Below are positions 54,360 through 63,883 of a DNA stretch of 64,000 nucleotides, piece after piece. Below the pieces are notes generated by a model. It was not told the DNA's origin. It did not search any database and saw only the letters and a list, made by a program, of their open reading frames with translations. The stretch's first letter is position 1, and each line of letters starts with the position of its first letter. Both the position numbers and the translations under genes were made by a program. Origin of the DNA: Acidimicrobiales bacterium (GTDB lineage Bacteria; Actinomycetota; Acidimicrobiia; Acidimicrobiales; RAAP-2); assembly GCA_052145775.1 (NCBI GenBank), contig JBKQNY010000007.1, positions 958 through 64,957 on the forward strand, in the 5' to 3' direction.

Positions 54360-55898
54360 TCAGCGGTCGCGGCCACCGGCCCCCAGCCGCTCGGCGGCGT
54401 CGGCGGCCAGCCGCCGGCGGTCCACCTTCCCCAGGGCGGTGAGCGGGAACTCGTCGACGAAGAAGACGCGGTCGGGCCGCTTGTAGTCGGCCAGCCGTGC
54501 GCCGACCCAGCCGGCGAGCTCCGCCGCCCCGACCTCCTCGTCGGCCACGACGTAGGCGACCCCGATCTCGCCCAGCACCGGGTCGGGGGCGGCCACCACC
54601 GCCACCTGGGCCACCCGGGGGTGCTCGGCCAGCTCGCGCTCGACCTCCACCGGGTAGACGTTGTAGGCGCCCCGGAGGTAGGAGTCGCCCATCCGGCCCA
54701 TGAAACGCAGGTTGCCGTCGGTCCCCAGCGCGCCCAGGTCGCCGACCGTGAGCCATCCCTCGGCGTCGAGCACCTCGGCGGTGGCCTCGGGGTCGCGCCA
54801 GTAGCCCCGCATCACCGCCCCCGAGCGGACCTGGACCCTCCCGACCTCCCCGGGCGCGACGGCGCGGCCCTCGCCGTCGGCGACGCGCAGCTCGACCGAG
54901 GGCTCGGGCCGCCCCAGGGTCTCGGTGACGACGTCGTCGGGGTCGTCGGGCCGGGTGCCGCAGATGATGGCCGCCTCGGTCGAGGCGTAGCGGTTGACGA
55001 CCGGGACCCCGAGGGCCTCGCGCATCCGGCGGAGCAGGTCGGGGGGGACGCGGCTGGCGCCCGAGGCGGCCAACCGGAGGCTCGAGAGGTCGGTTGAACC
55101 GAGCGAGGGGTCGCGCAGCACGAGCTCCCACTGGGTGGGGACCCCCTGGGCCACGGTGACGCGCTCGGAGCCGAGGAGGCGCAGCGCCTCGGCCGCCGTC
55201 CAGTGCGGCGGGGTGATGACGGTGGTGATCACGCGGCCGATCTCGTCGAAGGCCCTGGTCATGGTGCCCACGTGGGCGAAGGGCAGCGGAGAGAGCCGGC
55301 GGTCGAAGGGCGCCGAGAGGACGCCCGAGGCCTCGGCCACCGCGGCCAGGTTGGCCTGGTCGAAGAGGACGCCCTTGGGCCTCCCGGTGGTGCCGCCGGT
55401 CCAGCAGATGGCCACCGGCGAGCCCGGGCCGAGGGTGGCGAGCGGGGGCGGCGCCGAGGCGCTCCACCCCTCGAGCTCCCCCCACCCGACCACCCCACCG
55501 GCCGACGGAGGGAGGCGGTCACCGGTTCCGTCCTCCACCACCGTCACCCTCGGGGTCGACCGCTCGAGGATGTAGGTGGTCTCCGAGGGCCCGAGCCGCA
55601 GGTTCACGCCGCTGGTGACGGCACCGAGGCGCATGGCGGCCTGGTAGCACACCATGTAACGGATCGAGGACGGCAAGAGCAGGCAGACCACGTTGCCGGC
55701 CACCACCCCGCGATCGGCCAGGGCGGCGGCCACGCCGTCGGCGGCGGCGTCCCACTGGGCGAACGTGATGCGCTCGCCCGAGGACTCGACGAAGGCCTCG
55801 GCGCCGGGGTGGCGGCGCGCCGTCCCCCCCAGCAGCGTGACCGCGTCCTGCGGCGGTTCGGCGTGGTCGGGCGCGGCAGGGGCGGGACGGGTCACCAC
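54360..55898 (-). CDS. Acyl-CoA synthetase / class I adenylate-forming enzyme
   Basis: 512 aa. AICWTGGTTGRPKGVLF, WLTVGDLGALGTDGNLRFMGRMGDSYLRGAYNVYPVEVE. Confidence 0.9.
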   Translation of the reverse strand: MVTRPAPAAPDHAEPPQDAVTLLGGTARRHPGAEAFVESSGERITFAQWDAAADGVAAALADRGVVAGNVVCLLLPSSIRYMVCYQAAMRLGAVTSGVNLRLGPSETTYILERSTPRVTVVEDGTGDRLPPSAGGVVGWGELEGWSASAPPPLATLGPGSPVAICWTGGTTGRPKGVLFDQANLAAVAEASGVLSAPFDRRLSPLPFAHVGTMTRAFDEIGRVITTVITPPHWTAAEALRLLGSERVTVAQGVPTQWELVLRDPSLGSTDLSSLRLAASGASRVPPDLLRRMREALGVPVVNRYASTEAAIICGTRPDDPDDVVTETLGRPEPSVELRVADGEGRAVAPGEVGRVQVRSGAVMRGYWRDPEATAEVLDAEGWLTVGDLGALGTDGNLRFMGRMGDSYLRGAYNVYPVEVERELAEHPRVAQVAVVAAPDPVLGEIGVAYVVADEEVGAAELAGWVGARLADYKRPDRVFFVDEFPLTALGKVDRRRLAADAAERLGAGGRDR

Positions 55899-55945
55899 GC
55901 TCCGAGGCTACCCAGCTGGCCCGTCCCCCATTAGGGTCGCCGCCG

Positions 55946-56821
55946 ATGCTGATCGGCGCCAACCTCGTGCTGGGCGACCGCACGCTGCCGATGGCCACGG
56001 TCGCCCCGTTGGTCGAAGACCACGGGCTCGACGCCCTCTTCGTCGGCGAGCACACCCACATCCCCGTGGCCACCGTGCACCCCGGGCACCCCACAGGCGT
56101 GCCCGAGTTCTACAAGCGGTTCCTCGACCCGTTCGTGCAGCTGGCCGTGGCGGCGGCGGTGACCGAGCGGGTCCGCATCGGCACCGGGGTGGTGCTGGTG
56201 GCCGAGCGCAACCCGTTGGAGCTGGCCAAGTCGGTGGCCAGCCTCGACGTCGTGTCGGGCGGTCGGGTCGAGGTCGGCGTCGGCTACGGCTGGAATCCGC
56301 TGGAGATGGCCAACAACGGGGTCGACCCCTCGCGGCGGCGCCAGGTCTTCCGCGAGAAGCTCGCGGCCGTCCGGAGGCTGTGGACCGAGGAGACGGTGGA
56401 GTGCCACGGCCGATGGGTGGACTTCACCGAGAGCTGGTCGTTCCCCAAGCCGGTCCAGGACCCCCACCCGCCGGTCCTGCTCGGCGCGGCGGCGTCGGAC
56501 GCCACCTTCGACGACGTGCTGGCCCTGGCCGACGGGTGGTACCCGCTGGGCTCCGACGACCTGCCCGGCCAGGTGGCCCGCCTGGCGGCTCGCGCCGGTG
56601 GGGCGCCGCCCCCGGTGACGGCGGTGGAGATGGAGGGCCAGCGTCCCGGCACCCCGTGGTACGCCGAGGACGCGGCGCGAGCGGGCGTCCTGGGCGAGCG
56701 GGCCCGCCGCTACGCGGCCGGCGGAGTGCACCGGCTGTCGGTCGGGGTCCCGGCCGACGACGCCGGCCAGCTGGCCCGAAGCCTGGAGTTCCTGGCGCGG
56801 CTCGCCGAGATCGTCGCCTGA
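55946..56821 (+). CDS. LLM-class F420-dependent oxidoreductase
   Basis: 291 aa. LFVGEHTHIP, VVSGGRVEVGVGYGWNPLEMANNG. Confidence 0.85.
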   Translation: MLIGANLVLGDRTLPMATVAPLVEDHGLDALFVGEHTHIPVATVHPGHPTGVPEFYKRFLDPFVQLAVAAAVTERVRIGTGVVLVAERNPLELAKSVASLDVVSGGRVEVGVGYGWNPLEMANNGVDPSRRRQVFREKLAAVRRLWTEETVECHGRWVDFTESWSFPKPVQDPHPPVLLGAAASDATFDDVLALADGWYPLGSDDLPGQVARLAARAGGAPPPVTAVEMEGQRPGTPWYAEDAARAGVLGERARRYAAGGVHRLSVGVPADDAGQLARSLEFLARLAEIVA

Positions 56822-56827
56822 GCGGGT

Positions 56828-57607
56828 TCAGGCCCGCTGGCTCGAGACGCTCACCACCTCGCCGGTCATGTAGCTCGAGTACTCGCTGGCCAAAAAGACG
56901 ATGACGTTGGCCACCTCCCACGGCTCCGCCGCCCGGCCGAAGGCCTCCCGGGCGGTGAGCTCGGCGAGCAGCACGTCGGTGGTGACCTTGGCCAGGAAGG
57001 GGTGCATGGCCAGGCTGGGGGCGACGGCGTTGACCCGCACCCCGTGCGGGGCCGCCTCCACCGCCAGGCAGCGGGTGAGGGCCATGACCCCCGCTTTGGC
57101 CGCGGCGTAGTGGCTCTGGCCGGCCTGGGCGCGCCACCCGAGCACCGAGGCGTTGTTCACGATCACCCCCCGGCCCCGCGGGTAGAGGTGGCGGACGGCG
57201 GCGCGGTTGCAGCGGAAGGTGCCGGTGAGCGTCACGTCGAGCACCTTGGCCCACTGCTCGTCGGTCATCTCGGCCACCTCGGCCGTGCCTCCCAGCCCGG
57301 CGTTGCACACGACCACGTCGAGGTCGCCGTGGCGCTCGACCGCGGCGGCGAAGAGCGCCTGGACCTGGGACTCGTCGGTGACGTCGCAGGGGACGGCCAG
57401 CGGGGCCGGACCCAGAGAGGACAGCTGCTCGGCCGCCTCGGCCAGCCGCCGCTCGTGGGCGTCGCTCAGGACCACGGTGGCCCCCTCCTCCATGGCGCGC
57501 TGGGCGGTGGCGAAGCCGATGCCGGTGCCCGCGGCCGCCGTGACCAGCACGGTGCGGCCGGCCAGCAGGCCGTGGCCGGCCGGGGCGGAGGGCGGGGAGG
57601 CGGGCAC
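56828..57607 (-). CDS. SDR-family oxidoreductase
   Basis: Last 259 codons of tracked ORF 56828..59023. VLVTAAAGTGIGFATAQRAMEEGA, YAAAKAGVMALTRCLA. GTG at 57607. Confidence 0.9.
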   Translation of the reverse strand: MPASPPSAPAGHGLLAGRTVLVTAAAGTGIGFATAQRAMEEGATVVLSDAHERRLAEAAEQLSSLGPAPLAVPCDVTDESQVQALFAAAVERHGDLDVVVCNAGLGGTAEVAEMTDEQWAKVLDVTLTGTFRCNRAAVRHLYPRGRGVIVNNASVLGWRAQAGQSHYAAAKAGVMALTRCLAVEAAPHGVRVNAVAPSLAMHPFLAKVTTDVLLAELTAREAFGRAAEPWEVANVIVFLASEYSSYMTGEVVSVSSQRA

Positions 57608-57721
57608 GGGAACCAGACCATATCCGTCGACGGCGGCGCTCGGCCCCTTGCTACCGTGTCGACGGGACGGCGCGACCCGCCCGTCCCGCTGCCCGCCAAA
57701 GGCGTGGAGGTGAGCGCCCGC

Positions 57722-58840
57722 GTGACCGAACCCACCAGCCGGCCCCGGTCGCCCCACCCGGCGCTGCACACCGCGGTCTGCGACCTCTTCGGTGTCGAGT
57801 ACCCGGTCGTCCAGACCGGCATGGGCTTCGTGGCCGTCCCCGAGCTGACGGCGGCCACCTCGAACGCCGGTGGCCTCGGCATCCTCACCAGCGGCACGCT
57901 GCACTTCGCCGAGCTGGCGGAGGCCGTCACCCGGACCAAGGAGCTGACCGACCGGCCCTTCGGGGTCAACATGCGCGGCGACGCCCCCGACGCGCTCGAG
58001 CGGGCCGACCTCCTCATCGCCGAGAAGGTCCCGGTGGCCTCGTTCGCCCTGGCCCCCAAGCGCGAGGTCATCGACCGGCTCAAGGGTGCGGGCGTGGTGG
58101 TGGTCCCCTCGGTGGGCGCCCGGCGCCACGCCGAGAAGGTGGCGGCCTGGGGTGTGGACGCCGTGCTGGTGCAGGGCGGTGAGGGTGGGGGCCACACCGG
58201 CCAGGTGCCCACCACCATCCTCCTCCCCCAGGTTGTCGACGCCGTGGACATCCCCGTGGTGGCGGCGGGCGGCTTCTACGACGGCCGGGGGCTGGTGGCC
58301 GCCCTCGCCTACGGCGCCTCCGGCGTCGCCATGGGCACGCGGTTCCTGCTCACCTCCGACAGCCCGGTCCCCGACGCGATCAAGCAGGTGTACCTGGACA
58401 AGACGGTCACCGACACCCTGGTGACCACGGCCATCGACGGCGTCCCCCAGCGGGTGCTGCGCACCGAGCTGGCCGAGGCCCTCGACTCCCAACACGGCCT
58501 GGGCCGGCTGCGCCGCTCGCTGCGGCTCTCCCTCGCCTTCCAGCGCAGCACCGGCACCCCCTGGCGAGACATCGTGAAGGAGGGGCTCAGCATGCGACGG
58601 TCCCAGGACCTGAGCTGGGGCCAGGTGCTCATGGCCGCCAACACCCCGATGCTGCTCAGCGCCGGACTGGTCGGCGGCGACGTCGACCGGGGCACCCTCG
58701 CCTCGGGGCAGGTGACCGGTCTCCTCGACGACCTGCCCAGCTGCGAGGAGCTGATCCACCGCATCATCGACGAGGCCGACCGGGTGCTCCGCCGGCTCGA
58801 GCGCGGCGCCGACCGGCTGGCCGCCGCCGACACCCGCTGA
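57722..58840 (+). CDS. Nitronate monooxygenase / FabK-like FMN enzyme (NMO family)
   Basis: C-terminal part of tracked ORF 57002..58840. YPVVQTGMGFVAVPELTAATSNAGGLGIL, VLVQGGEGGGHTG, VAAGGFYDGRGLVAALAYGASGVAMGTRF. Start is one of three GTGs (57704, 57710, 57722); 57722 is chosen by SD spacing. Confidence 0.85.
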   Translation: MTEPTSRPRSPHPALHTAVCDLFGVEYPVVQTGMGFVAVPELTAATSNAGGLGILTSGTLHFAELAEAVTRTKELTDRPFGVNMRGDAPDALERADLLIAEKVPVASFALAPKREVIDRLKGAGVVVVPSVGARRHAEKVAAWGVDAVLVQGGEGGGHTGQVPTTILLPQVVDAVDIPVVAAGGFYDGRGLVAALAYGASGVAMGTRFLLTSDSPVPDAIKQVYLDKTVTDTLVTTAIDGVPQRVLRTELAEALDSQHGLGRLRRSLRLSLAFQRSTGTPWRDIVKEGLSMRRSQDLSWGQVLMAANTPMLLSAGLVGGDVDRGTLASGQVTGLLDDLPSCEELIHRIIDEADRVLRRLERGADRLAAADTR

Positions 58841-58916
58841 ACCCGCGACCGTCGGTGGCCGCGGGACGAGCGGGGGCCTCGGATACGATCGCCGCCGACC
58901 TCGGCGAGGAGCACCC

Positions 58917-60149
58917 ATGACCACGGCACCACCCCTCGACGGCATCCTCGTGATCGAGGCCTCGGCCCTCGGGCCGGCGGCCATCACCATGCCGCTGGTC
59001 GATCTGGGCGCGCGGGTCGTCAAGGTCGAGCCGCCGTCGGGTGACTACATCCGCGAGATGACCTGGCCCATCGTCGAGGGTGTCTCCCTCATGCACCTGC
59101 ACATCAACCGAGGAAAGGAGAGCCTCGTCCTCGACCTGCGCACCGAGGCCGGGGTCTCGGTCTTCCGGGAGCTGGCCGCACAGGCCGACGTGGTCGTCGA
59201 GGCGATGCGGCCCGGCGGCCTCGCCCGGCGGGGTCTGGGCTACGAGGACCTGCGGGCGATCAACCCACGCGTCGTCTTCTGCACCATCTCGGGGTACGGC
59301 ATGACCGGGCCCTACAAGGACTTCCCGGCCCACGGCATCGCCTTCGACACCTGGGCCGGCATCGTAAACGTCGCCCATGACGAGGAGGGCTACCCGTACC
59401 TGGCCGAGCACGCCTCCATCGGCATCCACGCCGGGCCGCTCTTCGGGGCCCTCGGCATCCTCGCCGCGGTGATCCGCGCCCGCCAGACCGGCGAGGGGTC
59501 GCACCTCGAGATCGCCCAGTCCGACGCGGCGGCGGCCATGGACTGGTACCGCTCGGAGACCTGGCTCGCCTACCGCCGGCCCGAGGACGAGGTGACCGGC
59601 AACAAGGCCGACGGCTACGAGCGCCGGGCACCGGGCACGGCGGGGATGAAGGAGGGCGTCCGCTACCAGGTCTACGAGGCCTCCGACGGCCGCTACGTCC
59701 TCTTCATGGCGTCCGAGCAGGCGTTCTGGAAGAACTTCTGCGAGGCGGTGGGCCGGCCGGACCTGTTCGAGCGCTGGCCGGGGTCGACCTTCGCCGACCA
59801 CGCCCGGGGCAACCGCGAGCTCCAAGCCGAGCTGAAGGCCATCTTCGCCACCAAGACGGCGGTGGAGTGGCTCGAGCTCGGCGGGCGGGCGAACACCCCC
59901 ATCGCCCCGGTCAACACGCCGCAGACCGTGGTGGACGACCCCCAGTTCCAGGCGCGCTTCACGCTCTACCCCAAAGAGGAGCTCGGCGCCGACGAGCTCC
60001 CGGGCCCGCTCAAATTCGTGGGCGAGACGCTCCCCCGCCCCACCCGCGCCCCGACGGTCGGCCAGCACTCGGCGACGGTGCTGCACGAGGTGCTCGGCTG
60101 GGAGGAGCACCGCGTCGCCGAGGCCCGCGAGGCGGGGGCCTTCGGCTGA
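58917..60149 (+). CDS. Family III CoA-transferase (CaiB/BaiF)
   Basis: 410 aa. ILVIEASALGPAAITMPLVDLGARVVKVE, VVVEAMRPGGLARRGLGYEDL. Confidence 0.9.
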   Translation: MTTAPPLDGILVIEASALGPAAITMPLVDLGARVVKVEPPSGDYIREMTWPIVEGVSLMHLHINRGKESLVLDLRTEAGVSVFRELAAQADVVVEAMRPGGLARRGLGYEDLRAINPRVVFCTISGYGMTGPYKDFPAHGIAFDTWAGIVNVAHDEEGYPYLAEHASIGIHAGPLFGALGILAAVIRARQTGEGSHLEIAQSDAAAAMDWYRSETWLAYRRPEDEVTGNKADGYERRAPGTAGMKEGVRYQVYEASDGRYVLFMASEQAFWKNFCEAVGRPDLFERWPGSTFADHARGNRELQAELKAIFATKTAVEWLELGGRANTPIAPVNTPQTVVDDPQFQARFTLYPKEELGADELPGPLKFVGETLPRPTRAPTVGQHSATVLHEVLGWEEHRVAEAREAGAFG

Positions 60150-60192
60150 GACGGCGGTGCCGCGTGCGAATGCGGCCCATAGTAGGCCGGCA

Positions 60193-60208
60193 CAAGGTCA
60201 CGACCTTG
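60193..60208. promoter_or_regulatory. 16-bp palindrome CAAGGTC-AC-GACCTTG in the 198-nt region upstream of the VOC gene; half-site AAGGTCAC repeated at 60285-60292
   Basis: Read directly; the 7-bp arms are exact reverse complements. Confidence 0.4.
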
Positions 60209-60347
60209 CGGGGGGGTGCAGGAGCCGCAACCTGGTGCCGGCAGCCCGAGATTACCGTGGACGGCCTCCGACGGGGCAGGGCAGAAGGTCACACTCCGGG
60301 GTAGCGTCGGCCGGGCCGCGCCGTGCGCGGCGCGAGAGGAGCGACCG

Positions 60348-60716
60348 ATGAAGGTGACCCGCATCCTGCACGCGTCGGTCAACGTGGCCGGCTCGCTGTC
60401 GGACACCGACCGCTTCTACGCCGAGCTCCTGGGCATGGTGCGGGCCGAGCGGCCGGAGATCCCCGGTGTCGGCGGCCGTTGGTTCACCGCCGGCGACGGG
60501 CAGGTCCACCTCGTCGACGCGCCCATGGCCGGGGAGGGCATCGACCCGACCGGCCCGCACTTCTGCCTCGGGGTGGACGACCTCGACGCCGCGGTGGCCG
60601 AGCTCGAGGGGCGGGGCATCGCCTACGAGCGGGCCGTCCAGCCGGGCGACGTGGTCCAGATCTGGATCGTCGACCCCGCCGGCAACACGGTCGAGCTCCA
60701 GCAGGACCGGGGCTGA
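60348..60716 (+). CDS. VOC/glyoxalase-family protein
   Basis: Tracked ORF 60216..60716. From the ATG at 60348: MKVTRILHASVNVAGSLSDTDRFYAELLGM, GPHFCLGVDDLDAAVAELEGRG. GAGAGGAG lies upstream. Confidence 0.85.
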   Translation: MKVTRILHASVNVAGSLSDTDRFYAELLGMVRAERPEIPGVGGRWFTAGDGQVHLVDAPMAGEGIDPTGPHFCLGVDDLDAAVAELEGRGIAYERAVQPGDVVQIWIVDPAGNTVELQQDRG

Positions 60717-60868
60717 CCGCCGCAGCCGGTTCGTCAGGCGGCGGCGGCGCTGGCTATCGTCTGGGCGGCGGCCGAGACGACGGGGCGCCGCGCCCGGCGC
60801 CCGAGGGGCAGACCGGGTGCGGCACGCCCGACCGCCCGACGGCCCGTCGAGGATGGGGGAACGAGCGC

Positions 60869-61972
60869 ATGGAACGGGTCCGACTGGGAGTCCTGGGGGC
60901 GGGCAACATCGCCGAGCTGAACGTGGCCGGCTACCTGACCCACCCCGACTGCGACGTGCTGGCGGTGTGCGACCTCGACGCCGACGTGGCCAAGGAGGCG
61001 GCCGAGCGGTGGGGGGTGCCGCGGGTCTACACCGACCCCGAGCAGCTCTTCGCCGATCCCGACATCGACGCGTTGGAGGTGCTGACGCCGACCCACACCC
61101 ACCACCGGCTGGTGCTCGACGCGCTCTCGGCGGGCAAGCATGTCTCGGTCCAGAAGCCGGTGGCCAACTCGGTCGACGAGGCGGTCGAGATGGAGCGTGC
61201 CGCCGCCGACGCCGGGCTCACCTTTCGCATCAGCGAGTGCTTCGTCCACTACCCGCCGCTGGAGCTGGCCAAGGAGCTGATCTCCGAGGGCGCCATCGGC
61301 CGGCCCACCGCCCTGCGGATCAAGACCGTGGTGGGGCAGACCGACTCGGCCTTCCAGGCCAACCTGCGGCCCGAGGGCTACGGCTGGCGGCTGGACACGC
61401 GCAGCCCCGGCGGCCACCTCTTCGACGACATGGTCCACAAGTACGCCATGGCGCTGTGGCTCGTCGACCAGGACATCGTCTCCGTCCAGTCGGTGGTGCG
61501 CCGCAGGGACCTGTTCTTCGAGCCCTGCGAGGCGATCTTCGAGTACGAGGACCCCGCCCTGCTGGGCACCATGGAGGTCGCCTACGCGCCCCAGATGTAC
61601 CTGCGGTCCCGCTACTACGGGGCCGACGAGTTCTTCGAGGTCCAGGGGGACGAGGGGTTCGTCTGGGTCACCCGCGCCACCGGCGAGATGCTGGACCTCC
61701 CCCCCGTCGTCCTCTACCGCGGCAAGGACAACGAGTGCACCACCACCGAGTTCACCGACATCGACGCCGACTGGAAGAGCGGCTTCGTCCGCTCGTCGGC
61801 CCACTTCGTCGACTCGTTGCTGGCCGGCACCCCGGCCGACATGTCGCCGGCGTCGGCCATCAAGGTCCTCCAGCTCTGCTTCGCCGTCTACGCTGCCTCG
61901 GACCAGCGCCGCCCGGTCGACCCGGCCTCCATCACCGGGTCGGTCTCTCCCGAGGGCTGGGCCGACTGGTAG
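60869..61972 (+). CDS. Gfo/Idh/MocA-family oxidoreductase
   Basis: Last 367 codons of tracked ORF 60323..61972. MERVRLGVLGAGNIAELNVAGYL, VSVQKPVANSVDEAVEM. Confidence 0.85.
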   Translation: MERVRLGVLGAGNIAELNVAGYLTHPDCDVLAVCDLDADVAKEAAERWGVPRVYTDPEQLFADPDIDALEVLTPTHTHHRLVLDALSAGKHVSVQKPVANSVDEAVEMERAAADAGLTFRISECFVHYPPLELAKELISEGAIGRPTALRIKTVVGQTDSAFQANLRPEGYGWRLDTRSPGGHLFDDMVHKYAMALWLVDQDIVSVQSVVRRRDLFFEPCEAIFEYEDPALLGTMEVAYAPQMYLRSRYYGADEFFEVQGDEGFVWVTRATGEMLDLPPVVLYRGKDNECTTTEFTDIDADWKSGFVRSSAHFVDSLLAGTPADMSPASAIKVLQLCFAVYAASDQRRPVDPASITGSVSPEGWADW

Positions 61973-61987
61973 GAGGGGCGCCGCCGC

Positions 61988-62866
61988 TCACAGGCTGGCG
62001 TAGAACCCGATGAGGGCGTCGGCCACCTGGTCGGCGTGGGTGAGGAACCCGAGGTGGCCGGCCCCGGCCACCTCCACGTAGCGGGCCCCGGGGATCGTCT
62101 CGGCCGCCGCCCTGGCCTTCTTCGGGGGGGAGTCCACGTCGTGCTGGAAGGCCACGATGAGGCAGGGCACGGTGAACGAGGGCCAGGCCCTGGTGCGGGC
62201 GGGGTCGGTCGACCAGGCCAGGCACGCCTCGTACTGCCCCAGCCGTCCGGGGTTCGGCCACGGGGGCAGGTCGGCGATGAGGGCCAGCCAGGTCGAGACC
62301 ACCCCGTCGTCCTGGATGTCAGCGATGGGCAGGTAGCGGATGGTCTCGGTGGCGTAGTAGAGGCGGGGCAGGTCGGGGTAGTCGCGCGACAGGTCGCGCT
62401 CGACCGTGGTGATCGCCTTCTCCCAGGCCGTCGGGGCGTTGGCCGAGCCCATCAGGGCGGCGCCCAGCACCCGGTCGGGGTGGTGCTCGACCAGGGTCTC
62501 GACGATCCAGCCCCCCATCGAGTGGCCGGCGAGGCGCACCGGGCCGGCGATGCCCAAGTGGTCGAGGAGGTCGAGGGCGTCGCCGGCCATCTGTTCGACC
62601 GAGTAGGGGCCCTCGGGCGACGACGAGGGCTCCACGCCACGGTTGTCGAAGGTGATCACCTGGTAGCCGGCGGCCACCAGCCGCGGCCCGAGACGCGTCT
62701 GCCACGCCGCGGCCGGCTGCCCGCACCCGGCCACCAGCACCAGCGGCTCGCCGTCCCCGGCCACCTCGTAGGCGATGGTCGCCCCGTCCAACTCGACTGC
62801 CTGCACCACACCCTCCTCTCGACGGCCGCCTCCGACGGCGGGTCCGCGCCCCGGCGCCCGGCTCAT
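61988..62866 (-). CDS. Alpha/beta-fold hydrolase
   Basis: 292 aa. PLVLVAGCGQPAAAW, nucleophile elbow VRLAGHSMGGWIVETLVEHHPDRV. The ATG overlaps the upstream stop (ATGA). Confidence 0.85.
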   Translation of the reverse strand: MSRAPGRGPAVGGGRREEGVVQAVELDGATIAYEVAGDGEPLVLVAGCGQPAAAWQTRLGPRLVAAGYQVITFDNRGVEPSSSPEGPYSVEQMAGDALDLLDHLGIAGPVRLAGHSMGGWIVETLVEHHPDRVLGAALMGSANAPTAWEKAITTVERDLSRDYPDLPRLYYATETIRYLPIADIQDDGVVSTWLALIADLPPWPNPGRLGQYEACLAWSTDPARTRAWPSFTVPCLIVAFQHDVDSPPKKARAAAETIPGARYVEVAGAGHLGFLTHADQVADALIGFYASL

Positions 62867-63816
62867 CCCGACAGGATCGAGGCGAGCAGCGCCGGGTCGA
62901 TGTTGCGCCCGGTCACCACCACGACCGTGGGGCCGCCCCCCGCCGCCACCCGGCCACCGCGCCGGGCCGCCACCGCGGCGGCGCCCGCCCCCTCGGCCAC
63001 CAGCCCCACTTCGGTGGCGAGGAACCTCACCGAGGCCACCAGCTCGGCCTCGGAGACCGTCACCATCTCGACGTGGCGACGGCGGGCGATCTCCACGGTC
63101 ACCGACCCCGCCTCGATGCTGCCGGCCAGGCCGTCGGCGATGGTCTCGCCCGAGGCGACGGGCACCGCCCGGCCGGCGGCCAGCGCCGCGGTCATGGCCG
63201 CCGAGACCTCGGGCTCGACGCCCACGATCCGCAGCCCCGAGCCCGCGGTGGCCAGGGCCACCCCCGAGAGGAGCCCCCCGCCCCCCACCGGCACCACCAG
63301 GGTCTGTGCCCCGGGCACCTGGCCGGCCAGCTCGACGGCCAGGCTGGCCTGGCCGGCGATGACGTCGGGATCGTTGTAGGGGGAGACGAAGTGGCCGCCG
63401 GTCCGCCGGGCCAGCTCGAGGGCGTGGGCCTCGGCCTCGTCGTAGCTGCGGCCCCGGCGCACCAAGGTGACGCCGTAGCGCTCGAGGGCGCGCACCTTGG
63501 CCGGCGAGGCGTTCTCGGCCACCACGACGGTGGCGCCGACGCCGAGCCGGCCGGCGGCGTAGGCCACGCCCAGGCCGTGGTTGCCGGCCGAGGCGGCCAC
63601 CAGCTCGACCCCAGGGTCGCGCCCCACCGCGGCGGCCACCGCGGCCAGGGCGCCGCGCACCTTGAACGACCCGGTCGGCTGGAGCGTCTCGAGCTTGAGC
63701 ACGGTCCCCTCGCCCAGCGCGGGGCAGGCCACCACCGGCGTGGGGGCGAGGTGACGGCCTACCACCTCGGCCGCGGCCTTGAGGGCGACGTCGTCGGGGA
63801 CGAGGACCTGGCGCAC
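62863..63816 (-). CDS. PLP-dependent threonine/serine dehydratase (Trp-synthase-beta fold)
   Basis: 317 aa. PLP-Lys LETLQPTGSFKVRGALAAV, ASAGNHGLGVAYAA, VPVGGGGLLSG. Confidence 0.9.
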   Translation of the reverse strand: MRQVLVPDDVALKAAAEVVGRHLAPTPVVACPALGEGTVLKLETLQPTGSFKVRGALAAVAAAVGRDPGVELVAASAGNHGLGVAYAAGRLGVGATVVVAENASPAKVRALERYGVTLVRRGRSYDEAEAHALELARRTGGHFVSPYNDPDVIAGQASLAVELAGQVPGAQTLVVPVGGGGLLSGVALATAGSGLRIVGVEPEVSAAMTAALAAGRAVPVASGETIADGLAGSIEAGSVTVEIARRRHVEMVTVSEAELVASVRFLATEVGLVAEGAGAAAVAARRGGRVAAGGGPTVVVVTGRNIDPALLASILSG

Positions 63817-63883
63817 GGGCCCAGTCTCCCCGACGGCGCGGTCCGGTGCGTCCGGCGGCTTCTCCGACCGGTCGGCCTCGGGG

